This document shows positions 1 to 14,509 of a stretch of 64,000 bases of DNA, one piece after another (position 1 is the first letter of the stretch; the number at the start of each line of letters is the position of its first letter). The notes under the pieces were generated by a model that did not search any database, had not been told where the DNA came from, and was given only the letters and a program-made list of their open reading frames with translations. The translations under genes and the position numbers were made by a program. The stretch comes from the human T2T-CHM13v2.0 reference genome, Homo sapiens, in assembly GCF_009914755.1 (NCBI RefSeq), contig NC_060938.1; one strand, 5' to 3'.

Positions 1-110
1 CTGGCCCAGATTGCAGCCATGGACATCTCACGGGGCAACCACAGAGATAACAAAGCTGTGATCCGCTATCTGCCTTGGCTTTATCATCCCCCCTCTGCAA
101 TGCAGCAAGG
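1..110 (+). CDS. UNC79: UNC79 coding exon, 5' part outside window (LAQIAAMDISRGNHRDNKAVIRYLPWLYHPPSAMQQG)
   Basis: Open frame 1 from base 1, ending at donor AGG|GTAAGA (phase 2); joins in frame to the exon at 1386. Confidence 0.93.
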
Positions 111-757
111 GTAAGACCCTTACTATTCCGGGAATGAGGGTAAAGAAGGCAGGAGACACCCCTGAGTTTCCTCGGGCTCAGCTAGAGTTAAGGAGTACAC
201 CGAAGATTTATGACAGTGGAATATACTTGGTTAGGAAGATGGAAATCAGATCCCATCTCCTTACGTACTTGCTGACCCAGAATGCTCTTTGACATGCTGC
301 CAAAAAATAAACCTGTCCTCCCACAAAAACCTCAATTGTCCTTTCATGAAGAATGAAAATTTTGAGCTTAGAATTACCACTTTAATGCTTGATTTCAACT
401 AGTTAAGTAAATTAATAGGTATGTATCAATATATTTGCCTTCAAGCAGCTTAGATTGTAGCTGGAACAAAAGCTATAACAGGGATGAAATCGGTGCAAGA
501 TTGTACAAGCCCCTGGCTCTGCCTTTTAGGGAGGCTAAAGAAGAGAGAGGCATGTATGGGTTTGTTGACTTGGGAACTCAGAGTAGGTTTGAGCCCACCC
601 TTTTGTGTGGTCAGCCTTCCTGTCCAGAGGAAAAGTGTAGAGTGGGAATGAGAAGGGTAGGAGGAAAAGATCACTGGGGAGCAGGAAAATGGGCAGCTGT
701 GTTATATCTCCTCATCTCTTTCCTCCCCTCTACTGGGGATGCCAGAGAAGAAATTTC

Positions 758-1057
758 TTTTTTTTTTTTTTTTTTTGAGACGGAGTCTTGCTCTGTTGCC
801 CAGGCTGGAGTGCAGTGGCACCATCTCAGCTAACTGCAACCTTCGCCTCCTGGGTTTAAGTGATCCTCCTGCCTCAGCCCCCCAGTAGCTGTAATTACAG
901 GCATGCACCACCACGCCCAGCTAATTTTTCTATTTTTAGTAGAGACGGGGTTTTGCCATGTTGGCCAGGCTGATCTCGAACTCGTGACCTCAGGTGATCC
1001 ACCCGCCTCAGCCTCCCAAAGCACTGGGATTACAGGCGTGAGCCACCGCGCCCGGCC
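758..1057 (-). mobile_element. AluS, full length
   Basis: Alu dimer with poly(T) tail; TSD ccagagaagaaatttct on both sides. Confidence 0.95.
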
Positions 1058-1385
1058 CACCAGAGAAGAAATTTCTAAAGGCAGGAGTGGAAAGAGTTTA
1101 GAAAGAGAAGCTAGTCAGAGAGGCAGTCAGCCTTGTGGAAGAATGCTGTGTAATCCTGTGTCACCAAAGGCTGTTCTTTTCTCAAGAAGCTGAGATCCAG
1201 GATTAGAGTGGAAAACAAGAAAAACAGATATATCATTTTGTTGTCACTCAATTGCCTTGGCGTTTTGTTTTATGTGATTGCCTGCAAGACCACACTTTCA
1301 ATCCCTTCCTTCAATAAGCATTTGTTATGCACCCAATGAAACACAAAACATAAAATCATCTTTAACACTCCTTCTTCTCTAATAG

Positions 1386-1572
1386 ACCTAAAGAATTCAT
1401 TGAGTGTGTCTCCCATATCCGACTGTTGTCCTGGCTGCTGCTGGGTTCCCTCACTCACAATGCAGTGTGCCCAAATGCCTCCTCTCCCTGCCTGCCCATT
1501 CCTCTGGATGCAGGCTCCCACGTTGCAGACCATCTTATTGTTATCCTGATTGGATTTCCAGAGCAATCAAAG
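1386..1572 (+). CDS. UNC79: UNC79 coding exon (PKEFIECVSHIRLLSWLLLGSLTHNAVC...FPEQSK)
   Basis: Acceptor cttctctaatag|A and donor AAG|GTAAGT; 187 nt; phase 2 to 0 is consistent with its neighbours. Confidence 0.95.
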
Positions 1573-3014
1573 GTAAGTGATTTCTGCAAGATTAAGACCG
1601 TATGCATCGCAATTGCTAATGGAAACCTTATCAGCCAATTATGTTTCTTCTGAGAAGAAAATACATCTTATCATTTGCCCTCCTGTGGATGTTAGAAACA
1701 CAACTTTGTGCTAATGTCTTATTTAAAGTTGTTTAGATTCCCAGACTGTCTTTCCCCCCGCCCCCAAATTGTTTTTCGGCTTACTTTTATAAAGATAAAT
1801 CATGGAGTCAAGCAAGAGTTGGCTTCCCAGGCATTTCTGTCTCAAAATAATGAAGAGAAATAAAAGGCTAGAAATATAATCAAAATTCTGTGATCAGTTT
1901 TTAAAACCAGAGACAAAACAAAGGAAAATTCATTCTCTATCTAATTCTTCATGTACCATCTTTTCAACTGAAATCTCTAGAGATACAGGAAAATACAAAA
2001 TGAAAACAAGGCCAGTTGGGAACTCACTAAAGCACACATTGGCATGACCTACACAGGGGAACTTTGTAAATTGCAGAGACAGGTGATGTGCTAAAGGAAG
2101 AAAGTAGACCCAAGGCAGGCACCAGTCATGAGCCTGTGCAGGCAAACCGGACACATTGGTACTAATCAGCTCCGAGGAGCCAGGGGACCTTCACAGAGCT
2201 TCGGCAAGTTCTGGGAGGTCACATTGGTCTTGGGGACAGCTCGGGTTTGGGACAGGGCAAGCTGACGATGTGATAAAATGGCGCACCCATCCCAATGATC
2301 CAAATGATGTTCACAAAAGGAATTAGGCAGTCGATTCCTAATATTTCTACTCAGATCCGGGTTTGATTCCTAACTATGGTACTTGCGATTTTGTGAGCTT
2401 GACAAGTGTGTCTAACCTCTCTATTATTCAGATTTTCATCTGTGAAATAGACGAGGGGATGGTTGGAGAGTGATGGAGGTGATATAGGAAAAGCCTCTGG
2501 CGCCATCTCTGGCGTGTTGTAGGTGCTCTCTCTGCACGTGCTTTCCGCTAGGAGGAGGATCTCCGCTGCTGCTGCTATGATTATGAACTTCTGGGCGTGT
2601 ATTCACGTATATCACCTGCTTTACTCCCATGCTTTGAAGAGACTACTATTATCCCCATTTTACAGATGAGGAAACATCCTAACATGGCAGAATGATTATT
2701 CTCCCTAATCTAGTTTAGGGATGGGAATGTCAGTTTCATTAAAGGGCAAGGGGGTGGGTAGATTTCTTCAGCAAATTAAGGTGCCTTCTCTTCAAAAATG
2801 TGCTTTGTTCTCTGAGCACACTCCCACTGGTGGAGAAGAGAGCACAGCAGATAGTTTCAAGGTGATGAATCATGACTTTGTAACTCTGAGATAACGTTAT
2901 GCCTTTGTGCTTCCCCTGTGCTCCCTGGCAAGACCAAAGCCATGCGGGAGGACTCCGTGGAGGGCCACAGCCTGCTGGGATGCAATGCACTGATGCCGTC
3001 TTCTTCCTTTTCAG

Positions 3015-3212
3015 ACCTCCGTGCTGCACATGTGCTCCCTCTTCCACGCGTTCATCTTTGCTCAGCTGTGGACAGTTTATTGCGAGCAAAGTGCCGTCGC
3101 TACAAATCTCCAAAATCAGAATGAATTCAGCTTCACGGCGATACTGACAGCACTAGAATTTTGGAGTAGGGTGACACCCAGCATCCTTCAGCTAATGGCC
3201 CATAACAAAGTG
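3015..3212 (+). CDS. UNC79: UNC79 coding exon (TSVLHMCSLFHAFIFAQLW...MAHNKV)
   Basis: Acceptor ttcttccttttcag| and donor GTG|GTGAGT; 198 nt, phase 0-0. Confidence 0.95.
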
Positions 3213-3404
3213 GTGAGTTCACAGACGAGTTTCCCTTCTGAGATGGAATCTCAAAGTGTCCACACCACTCCTAATCCTCACACTCCCTGTTTTCACAGAT
3301 CTCAGTTGTAAGGTTATATAAATGGATCGGGGATATGTTACCTTATAAGCTGGATGTTCTGCTTGCATAAGCATTTTGATTAAAAATAAGCATTTTGATT
3401 AAAA

Positions 3405-3620
3405 ACAAAATAATAGTTCAAGAGATCTATTGTACGCCGTGGTGACTACAGTTAATAACAATATATTCTATACTTGAAAATTGCTACGAGGAGATTTCAA
3501 ATGTTCTCACCATAAAAAATAAGTACGTAAGGCAATGTACATGTTAAATAGCTTGATTTAGCCATTCCACAATGTATATCTATCTCAAAACTTTTATATT
3601 GATATATGAATATTAAAAAA
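3405..3620 (+). mobile_element. L1MA-type 3' end fragment
   Basis: ttcaagagatctattgtac...gtgactacagttaataacaat...agcttgatttagccattccacaatgtata resembles an L1MA 3' UTR. Confidence 0.7.
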
Positions 3621-4993
3621 GCAAACAAGTACAGTTATTAATATTAAAAACAATTTTTATTTTTTCTGCCTAACATCAAATGTATGTTGTATGAAATATC
3701 TACCTTGAAGGGTTGTTTGATGCTGTAATGTCAGAGGGTTAGGAGTGAGATTCATATTAATTGAGGATTGCAAAGCAATTTAGAAAAACCTTAGCCAATT
3801 GGGTAATCTATTTGTGGTGGTTTAAGAGTAGACTGACTACAGGTGTTCATTCCACTCAGGCCTCAAAGCCTGAAAAGAGCCTCACGTTTTCAAGCTGGCT
3901 TATAGGGACCTATGCTCCCCAATCTTCAAATCCAGTACTGTTGAATGTAGACGGCTACCAAGAAAGGGGCTGTTCCAGAGCTCATTGGAAAATGTCTGGG
4001 GTATGGCTAGCCTAAGCCCACTTCATTGAACCAGTGTGGAGTATTCATCCTGGAGTCAAGGTTGGAGGATATATGGAAGGAATTTACAAGGGAGTCCTTT
4101 GGTTCTGACTGTGTATTGGAGGAGGACTCTCAGCTGGGAAAGCTGCAACCAGCGTCTTGTTATGGGGACACCATCAATAGAGTTCTTGTTTGTGAGGAGC
4201 AGGGGACCTGGAGGGACACCATAATGATGATTCCAGTGTACCCTGAAACCCAACACTACACTGCCCACAAAAGGCATTCAGGAAATTTTTTTTAATTGAT
4301 AGAATAATAGTCTAAGAAGTATTTTCTTTTGGTTCTTAATTAGAAAGGGGATGGTATATTTCCTTTAGTGAAGCACTTTGTTCTTTAGAGATGCAAATGA
4401 TACAGGCAATTCTATGTGTAGAGAGATGTCTTAGTTCAATTTAAAGGAAGTTTATGTGAAAATCTTAGCGTTTGAATAGTTCTGTTAATGGAAAATAATT
4501 ACATTTATTGGATCACAGATTCTAGGACTAATGAAGAATTTGGAGATCAAACATTCTATTCTGTTATTTCACAGACAACAAAACTGAGGCCTTACACTTA
4601 AGCTAGAGATTAAAAATGTTCCTTCTATCATTAGTTTTTTGATACCAAGAAATACCTCTCCTCCAAATCACTCTCCATATTTAAATGTTACAAATGAATT
4701 TGTTGCACATGAATTTTATGCAAATGATATTACAAAAGAATTTGAATTAAATTCATTCTGAAAATTTTGTTAAACCATATAAGCCAGTCTGGTAAAATCT
4801 CCCTGGAATATTTAAAATCCAGCCATAGGAATTTCTGATGAGGGACATCACCTCTACTGTCTTTGAACTGTCGTAAGCATGGCTACATTGTCCCACGGAG
4901 AATAAAGCCTCGGAAGCAGATCTGCAGTGAATTAAACAGTTATTGCCGATGAAGACACTGTGTAGAAAGGATCAAGATTGAGAAAGGATCAAG

Positions 4994-5247
4994 ATATTAC
5001 TGGGGAACATTGATGTGAAAATTACCCTAGTCTAATGTAAATCCCCTTACCTTGCAAAAGATATCCAGAAAACCAAGGAAAATAGTCTGTAATTGTCTGA
5101 CTTTGTATCTGGTGCTTTCTCTAAGACAAATTAATTTAGTTTCAAATAATATTATTTTAAATCATTATATGGTGTATAAAAGTAATTCAAGCATTTGTCA
5201 TCTCCCCTCCCTGGGTACCCTCCTCTCAAACAGACTAGCGTGATACA
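4994..5247 (+). repeat. Direct duplication copy 1 (~255 bp)
   Basis: About 95% identical by eye to 6059-6317. Confidence 0.95.
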
Positions 5248-5600
5248 GAACTCTTACACCCAAAGAGTTCCGTAGTTAGAAATGAAGGCAACAGAGGCCA
5301 TTTATCCCCTGGTGTGAGTCAGTGCAGTGCAGATTAGTGAGATCAATGCCTGAATTCCATTGGCAGCCCTGAGTTGAATGAGGGAGGCATGACAATTACC
5401 AAGCCTCTGGAGCTTTTTTAAAATTCTTTTTCTGGTTTGAAGTTTCAGAGGTGAATGAACACCACTGCCAGTGGTCTCCTACGGTCATTACACAGAAAGA
5501 CCTCATGGGCACAGGACATCGGTCTTCTGCGGCTGCAAACTAGTTTGCAAGGTTTCTATATCACTGGAAATGGAATTAACTTTCATGTTTGTTGTTTCAG

Positions 5601-5678
5601 ATGGTAGAAATGGTGTGTCTCCATGTGATTAGTTTAATGGAGGCATTGCAGGAATGCAATTCGACCATTTTTGTCAAG
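5601..5678 (+). CDS. UNC79: UNC79 coding exon (MVEMVCLHVISLMEALQECNSTIFVK)
   Basis: Acceptor gtttgttgtttcag| and donor AAG|GTAGGA; 78 nt, phase 0-0. Confidence 0.92.
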
Positions 5679-5899
5679 GTAGGAAAACCTTATGATTTTT
5701 AAAGACCATTTCTTACTGCTAAAAACAAATGTGGATTTATGTTGAAGGTACTTTCTGAAGATAATTAGTTTTAACATTCAGAGTTGGGGCTGGAGAATTC
5801 AGGCTCCTATAACAACCCTTTACCAAATGGTTATTGCATTAATTTTGCTCTTGGTCTACCACTGTGACCAACTTTACCTGGGTTAAATCTATCAGACCA

Positions 5900-6039
5900 G
5901 GCCAAGCATGGTGGCTCATGCCCATAGTCCCAGCATTTTAGGAGGCTGAAGCAGGAGGATTGCTTGAGCCCAGAAGTTTGAGACCAGCCTGGGCAATATA
6001 GTGAGACCTTGTGTCTACCAAAAAACAAACAAAAAAAAA
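5900..6039 (+). mobile_element. Alu left monomer (FLAM/AluJ-like)
   Basis: Single Alu arm followed by an A-rich tail. Confidence 0.85.
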
Positions 6040-6058
6040 GGTAACACAAGTGCTGAAA

Positions 6059-6317
6059 ATATTACTGGGGAATATTGATGTGAAAATTACCCTATTCTAA
6101 TATAAATCACCTTACCTTGCAAAACATATCCAGAAAACCAAGGAAAATAGTCTGTAATTGTCTGACATGGTATCTGGTGCTTTCTCTAAGACAAATTAAT
6201 TTAGTTTCAAATAATATTATTTTAAATCATTATACAGTGTATAAAAGAAATTCAAGCATTTGTCATCTCCCCTCCCTGGATACCCTCCTCTCATCAGAAA
6301 CAGACTAGTGTGATACA
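6059..6317 (+). repeat. Direct duplication copy 2 (~259 bp)
   Basis: About 95% identical by eye to 4994-5247, with one 5-bp indel. Confidence 0.95.
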
Positions 6318-6875
6318 AAAACGAAACAGTAGAGAACTTGGTTTCCCACTCCGTTTATCTTTCTGCCTCCCCTCTTTTTCCTTTCCTTCCTATCGTTCCA
6401 CCTCTTTGTCTCTCTGATCCTTCTTCCTCTCCTTGTATCTCTTCTTGTATTTCTTTATCTTTCACCTCTATATTCTATTATCTTGGCCACTGTCACCAAC
6501 CACCATCACCACCCACTAGTGGGCATCAACTTGGAACCTTATAACTTGCTGTTTCATTCCTTGGTTAACTCCACTCTTCAACAAAGAACATTTGTCACAT
6601 TCACTCACACTATGCTGAGGAAAAGCAGCCCATTTTCAGGGAAAACTTGACTGTTACCAGAACAGAACAAGATCATTGGTTCAAATGGGTTAGATATATG
6701 ATATGTAGCTTGATAATAGCAAAAGTCAACACTGTTGGAGTGCAGTGGTGCAATAATATACATATGGCAAATGGTACATATTTAAAACGTGCAGTTTGGT
6801 AAGTCTTGACTTACATTATGCCATGTACCATGATCAAGACAATGAACATATCCATCACCTCCAAAAGTTTTTTCA

Positions 6876-7155
6876 GGCCAGGCATGGTGGCTTATGCCTG
6901 TAATCCCAACACATTGGGAGGCTGAGGTGGGCAGATCACTTGAGGCCAGGAGTTCAAGACTAGCCTGGCCAACAAGGTGAAACACCATCTCTACTAAAAA
7001 TACCAACATCAGCCAGGCATGGTGGCACACACTTGTAATCCCAGCTACACGGGAGGCTGAGGCAGGATAATCGCTTAACCCGGAAGGTGGAGGTTGCAGT
7101 GAGCCTAGATTTTGCCACTGCAGTCCAGCCTGGGCAACAGGATGAGACTTTGTCT

Positions 7156-7194
<39 letters not shown>

Positions 7195-7209
7195 CAAACA
7201 AAAAAACAA
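6876..7209 (+). mobile_element. AluS(z-like), full length; putative donor of the inverted copy at 9745-10255
   Basis: Alu dimer with long A tail; TSD ccaaaa(g/c)ttttttca at 6861-6875 and 7210-7224. Confidence 0.95.
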
Positions 7210-8377
7210 CCAAAACTTTTTTCATACCCCTTTATAATCCTTCAGTTGGGTTACTCATCTCCCTGTCCCCAGATGACTACTGACCTGCTTTCTGTCACTA
7301 TAGATCAGCTTGCACTTTCTAGAATTTTCTTTAAGTGGATTCATACAGTATATACTTCTTTTGCCTTCTTTCACTTGTAATAATTATATTGCGATTAATC
7401 CATGTTATTGCATGTAGCAGTGGACAATTACTTTTTATTTCAGAGTAGTAGTCCATTGTATGAATATACCACATTTTCCTTATTCATTTATCAGTTATTT
7501 GACATCTAGGGAGTTTCCAGTTTGGGGCTTTTACAGATAAATCTGCTATGAAGAGTCATGAAGATGTCTTTGTGTACATATATGTTTTCATGTATGTTGG
7601 GCAAATACCTAGGAGTAGAATGTCTGGGCCATGTGACAGATGTATATTTACCTTTAAAAAAATTGTTTTCCAAACCATTTTCCAAAGCTGTTGTGCTCTG
7701 TTACATCCAGTATATGAACAGTGTATGAGCATTCCCAGTTCCCCCACATCTTTGTCAACACTTGGCATAGTCAATCTTTAATATTAATTATTCTAAGAGT
7801 TGTGTACTGGTATCTTGTTGTGGTTTTAAATAGCATTTTCCTGTTTGCTAATGACATTAAGCATCTTTTCATGTACTTATTTGCTGTCCATATGTCTGCT
7901 TGGTGAAGTATCTGTTAAAATTATTTGCCCATTTTTTATTGGGTTGGGTTTTTTCCTGATTACTGAAGTTTGAGATACAAGTCCTTTATCAGGTATGTGA
8001 TTTGCAAAGATTTTTCTCTGTGGTTTGTCTTTGGAATTTTTAATTTTGATGAAGTACCATTTACCAATTTTTTTCTTTTATGAATCATGCTTTTGATGTT
8101 GTATTTTAAAAAATCTTTGCCTAGCCCAAAAATAATAAAGAGTTTTATTTGTGTTTTATTCTAAGTGTTATCTATGTTTTCACTTGTGTGTTAGTTTACA
8201 TCTGTGATCTATTTTGAGTTAACTTTTGTATATGGTGTGAGGTGTGGATTGAGGTACCTTTTTTGTATATGGATAGTCAGTTATTCCAGCATCATTGTTA
8301 AAAATACTATACTTTCTCCGTCAAATTGCCTTTGCACTTTTGTCAAAAATCAAATAACTATACAATTCTATTTCTGA

Positions 8378-8737
<360 letters not shown>

Positions 8738-8905
8738 TAACACACTGTCTGCGTTACTATAGCTTTATAATATTCATTGAAATCAGGTAGTGTCAGCCTT
8801 CTAAATTCATTCATCTTTTTCAAAGTTGTTTGGCTATTCTAGGTCATTTGCCATTCGAGATAAATTTTAAAATTGGTTTGTCAATTTCTACAAAAAGATT
8901 GTTAG

Positions 8906-9112
8906 GGGGTGGACACAGTGGCTCATGCCTGTAATCCTAGTGCTTTGGAGGGCCAAGGAGGGAGGATTGCTTGGGTCAAGGAGTTCAAGACCAGCCTGGA
9001 CAGCCTGGCAGCATATTGAGACCCAGTCTCTACCCTGCAAAAAAAAGATTTTTTTAATTAGCTGGGTATGGTAGCACATGCCTGTAGTTCTAGCTACTTG
9101 GGAGGCTGAGGT
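8906..9112 (+). mobile_element. AluJ-like, 3' truncated
   Basis: Left arm and start of right arm; gaggattgcttg is a J-type diagnostic. Confidence 0.8.
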
Positions 9113-9744
9113 AGAGCACAATGATTTGAGACTTTTCTTTTCTAATATAAGTGATTAGTGCTATAAATTTTCCTCTAAGCACTGGTTTAGCTGCATCCAA
9201 CAATTTGGCATGTTGTGTTCTCATTTTTATTCAGTTCAAAATACTTTCTAACTTCTCTTTTGCTTTCTTTCTGGCATTGATTATTTAGAACTATATTGTT
9301 TTACTTCCAAATATTTAAAGATTTCCAGAGATTTTTCTGTTATGGATTTGTAGTTCTAATGTATCAGAGAATATACTTTATATAATTTGATTCATTTTAA
9401 ATTATTGAGACTTGCTTTATGGCCCAGAATATTGTGTATCTTCATAAATGCTCTGTGTGCACTAGAAAAGAATGTGTCTTCTGCTGTTGTTGCTTGGAGT
9501 TTCCTAAGTAAGTTAGTTCAAAGTTTTTGATTGTATTGCTCAAGTCTTCTATGTCCTTCTTGTTATGTCTGTCAACTTATTCTATCAATTATTGAGAAAG
9601 GGGTATTGAAATATCTCTGAATGTGGATTTATTTTTGCTTAATGTATTATGAAGCTCTGTTATTAGGCTTATGTCTTTAGGATTGCTATATTTTCCTAAT
9701 GAATTGAAATTATAAAATGTCCCTCTTCATCTTTGGTAATATTT

Positions 9745-10255
<511 letters not shown>

Positions 10256-13200
10256 CATCTTTGGTAATATTTACTAATAAAACAGTCCAGCTTTCTTTTG
10301 ACTAATGATAGGATGGTACATATTTTTTCATCTTTTTACTTTTAACCTATCTATGTTTTTGTATTTAAACTGCATTTCTTATAAGCAGCATAAAGTTGGA
10401 TGTTGCTTTTAAAAAAATGCAATCTGACAGTCTCTTCCTTTTGATTGAGGTTTTTAGATCATTTTCATTTAATGTGTTTTGTGATATTGTTGGGTTTAAA
10501 TCTATTATCTTACTGCTTGTTTTCTATATTTCACATCTGTTCTTTGTCTTCTGTCCTCTCTTTTTGTGCCTTCTTTTGGATTAAGGTTTTTATGATTAAA
10601 TTTTGGATATAATTTCCTTTTCTTTGTCTAATTAAGATAAACTGAGATGGCAACTAAGATAATTAACTTAAGAACTTCCTTCTTTTCAAACATCAGCATT
10701 TAGTGCTCTAAATTTCCTTTCAATACTGTTTTAGCTGCTTTCCCCCAGATTTTGAGAGATTCTCATTTCCATTCAGATCAAAATGTTAATTTCCAGTTTG
10801 GTTTCTTCTTTGCCCCTTAAGTTGTTTAGAAGTGTGTTTTTTAATTATCTTTTAGCTGTATGTCTTTGTTGTTGTGTTAGTGGTTGATTCAGAGTTTATA
10901 GTATATATTTTTAATCACAGTCTGCCTTCAAGGAATATTATACCACCTCATATATTGTATAAGAACTGTACAATAATATACCTCCATTTCCCACCTCCTG
11001 ACTTTTTGCTATTATTGTCATACATTTTCTATATATTTTATAAAGCAAATCATACATTATTATTTTTGCTTTAAACAGTTGACTATCTCTTAAAGAGATT
11101 TTAAACAAGTTTTATGTTCAGTTATATTTGCTATAATTGCCATATTTATATTTGCCATTTTAATGCTCTTCATTTCATTCTATAGATCTAAACATTCATC
11201 TTTCATCTTTCCTTCTGCCCAAAGGATTTTCTGTAAAGTCTCCTGTGCAGGTCAGCTGGTGATTAATTGTTTTAGGTTTTGTATGTTTTAGAAGCTTTAT
11301 TTTGCTTTCAATTTTGAGAGACAGTTTCACTGGGTATTGAATTCTAGATGGATGGTTTCGGAGGTTTTTTTTTTTTTTCAATACTTTAAAGATATTGCTC
11401 CTCCATTGTCTTTTTGCTTATATTGTTTCCAACAAGAAATCTGTCATTCTTATCTTTTTTGTCTGTATGTGATATGTCTTTTTTCCTCTGTTGTCTTTGC
11501 CACTATGGTTAAGCAATTTGATGATGCTATGCCTTGGTAGAGTTTTCTTCATATTTCTGGTGCTTGGGTTTGGTGAGCTTCTTGAATCTCTGGATTTATA
11601 GTTTTCATTAGATTTGGAAAAATATCAGCCATTGTTTCTTCAAATATTTTATTCAGTGCCTCTACTCAACATGCCCAATCTTTCTTCTACCTTCTTGACC
11701 ATATTGAATATAGGTATCATAACTGTTTTAATGTCCTTGTCTGTTAGTTCTGTTATCTGTGTCATTTTTGTTTTATTTTCTGTTAATGGATTTTTCTCCT
11801 CATTCGTGTGTTTCTTTTGTTGTTGTTGTTTCTTAGCATGCCTGGTAATTTTTTATTGTATTCTTGACATTGTTAATTTGACTTTCTTGGGTGATGGATA
11901 TTTTTATATTCATATAAAATATTCTTAAGCTGTATTCTGTGACATAGTTACATAACTTACAAATATCTTTATCCTTCTGAGGCTAACATTTAAGCTTTGT
12001 TAGGTATTGATCAGAGCAGCAATTTTTGTAGGGCACGTAGTTCTTCACTGCTGCTGCTGTATACCACTATCCTTATCAGTACTCTCATGATGTTCTATGA
12101 GTTATAAGATTTTTCCACTCTGACTAATAGGAACACAAAATATTCTTGGCCCTATATAATCACCAGGGGATTTTTTTCCTTCTAAGATTTTCGGGTCATT
12201 TTTTCTCCAGTGTTGGGTAGTTTTTATAACTTGCATGTACTGGTCAGCACTCAGCTGAAGACTCAGGGGGATCCCTTTTCAGATCTTTGGAGTTGTCTCT
12301 CTCTCTGTAGATCTCTCCTGTCCAGTACTCTACCTTGAAAACTGTAGTCACTTTGACCTCCCAGGGCTCCTGGCTACCTCTCCTCACTCAGGAAGACTGC
12401 CAGGCTCCACCTGCATTCCTGCTGCCAGTGCTACTGCCTGAAAACTCTCTCTAGGCAGTGAGCTGGAATACCTGCAGGACTCACCTGGTTTGTTTCCTTT
12501 CCCTCAGTGATCTCTGTCCTGCATTTCTTGATGCTCAATACCTGAAAAACATTGTTTTTTATAGTTTATCTGGATTTTTAGTTGTCCCAGGCAGGAGGGT
12601 AAATCTGGTCTTTGTTACTCCATCTTGGCTGAAAGAGAAAGTTTCATCACCAATTTTAATTTTGAGGGCTGGAATAAGCAGGATTGAAATGAGTACAGTC
12701 CAACCAGGCAGGAAGTCTTCCATTTGTTCTGTAGCATGAACCAAGATAAGAGGAAGGGTATCACTTTTATTCTTGTGAAAACCTATTTTTTAAATGTCCT
12801 TCAGTTTTCAGGATATTGTTTCTGAAGAGGGGGGAGAAAAAAAAGCCCAACCAACTTTACTCCATCATAACATTGCAGAGCCCAAAATAAATCACATCTA
12901 ATTCTTACTGACAGATTTGTAGGAACCACTAGCAAAAGAGAATGAAAATGAAAGTTATTCAATAAGTCAAATTAACATTTCTGAAATAGGGTGATGGCTG
13001 GGTTATATAATGTCATCAATAATGATGAGCTTTAACTGGATACATTTAGTCACGTGATTTGCAAATCACAAACCTGAAGGTCCCTTGCAGGTATATTTTA
13101 GAATCACATGGTCATAGATTACATCAATGGGGAAATAATAAAAACACTTTTAGACCAACATCACTATTCCCCTTGCTTGCTTCACATGGACGCTTAGCCA

Positions 13201-14509
13201 CAGTGGCAGCACTGGGAAAGGTATCCACCCAGGGACAGGGTACTCAGTACTCCCTGACCCTACTCTTCTCAAGTCCCTCACAATTCTTAACAGGAGGTTA
13301 GTTTGGGTATTTCCCAAATATCAAGAGGCGTATGGGCCCACTTCTGTATTAAATAGTCAAAGGTCAACAAAGTCTGTAGCATCAGCACCCTCCAGGGCTT
13401 GCTTTTTGCTGTGCAGAAATTATAGGGGGAGACAGTTAGACTAGATAAATATTTTTTTTCCATTCAGAATGTCTAGAGGAGCCAGTCCTAGTAAGGGTCA
13501 GAGGGCACAGCCTTATCTGGTACCAATCTTTGTAATCCCACCGTTTTGTTATGAGGGTTGGGGGACGGGGGAGGCATGGAGAGGGTGGCATCTTCTGATA
13601 TTTTCAGCTTTAGTCTCATTACATTTTCTGATACACACCATACTCCATTTATAAACACAGTATTCATGTTAGAGACCAAGTGTTAGCTAGCTGCAACAGA
13701 AACACTACGTTTAGGAATGTTTAGGAGTAAATGTCAATAGAAGTCAAATTAGCGAATTATATACATCAACAGAATGTTAAAAGTCAAACAACAGCCAGAT
13801 TTAGCCTTGGGAACAAAAACAGGGAGAGAAATGCAGCTTATCACTTCACCAAGTTCATTTTAAAGAAAATGTGATGAATTCAATGAAACCAGCAGCTTAT
13901 GGCTATGACTAACTTTGAACTCTGAGGTCATTCACATACTGTCCCCCATCCCAAAAAGCTCTCCTTCGTCTTTGGTTTTGTTCATTACATCAGTGTCCCC
14001 CAGTTTGCCCAGGTTAGAAACCTCTACCTCTTCTTTGACCTTTTCCTCACTTGAAAGAGCAGACTCATCCTCAGATCCTCAAGATTTGTCTCTGCAGGTG
14101 GAATCCTTCCCCATCCCCAGAAACTGTCCCTGGTCTTCTCTGGACCATTGAGGCAACCTCCACAGTGGCTCTTGCCTCCATTCCCTGCCTCCTTCTTCAC
14201 CCTAATCTGCAGGCTGCTGCCACGGTGATCTGTCTGGAGCACTGTTTTGCTCATGGTGAATAGAGCATCCCCTCTTCGGAAGTTGTATTGAATTTGGAAT
14301 AAAATTCAGATCCCCTAATTTGGCATTTAGGGCCATCTGGTGGGCTAAGGGTGTGAAGGCCTGGCCTGTGCTTTTCTAAACTTGTTTTTCATGGCCGTTT
14401 TCTAAGAGCCTCACATGTCAGCATCACGTGACTGTCTCCCCTCCCCGACTCTCTGCACACTCCCACCAATGAGCTTCGCCATGCCTTCTCTCTGCTTCCT
14501 GGAATGCCC

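Noticed and set aside
435-1193. Alu-derived ORFs (also at 6782, 9755, 46893 and 61412)
   Set aside because: Typical Alu translation signatures; not genes.
5052-6308. Two near-identical 63-aa ORFs suggesting a duplicated small gene
   Set aside because: Both start at non-ATG codons and are by-products of the 255-bp intronic duplication; there is no promoter, splice or poly(A) support.
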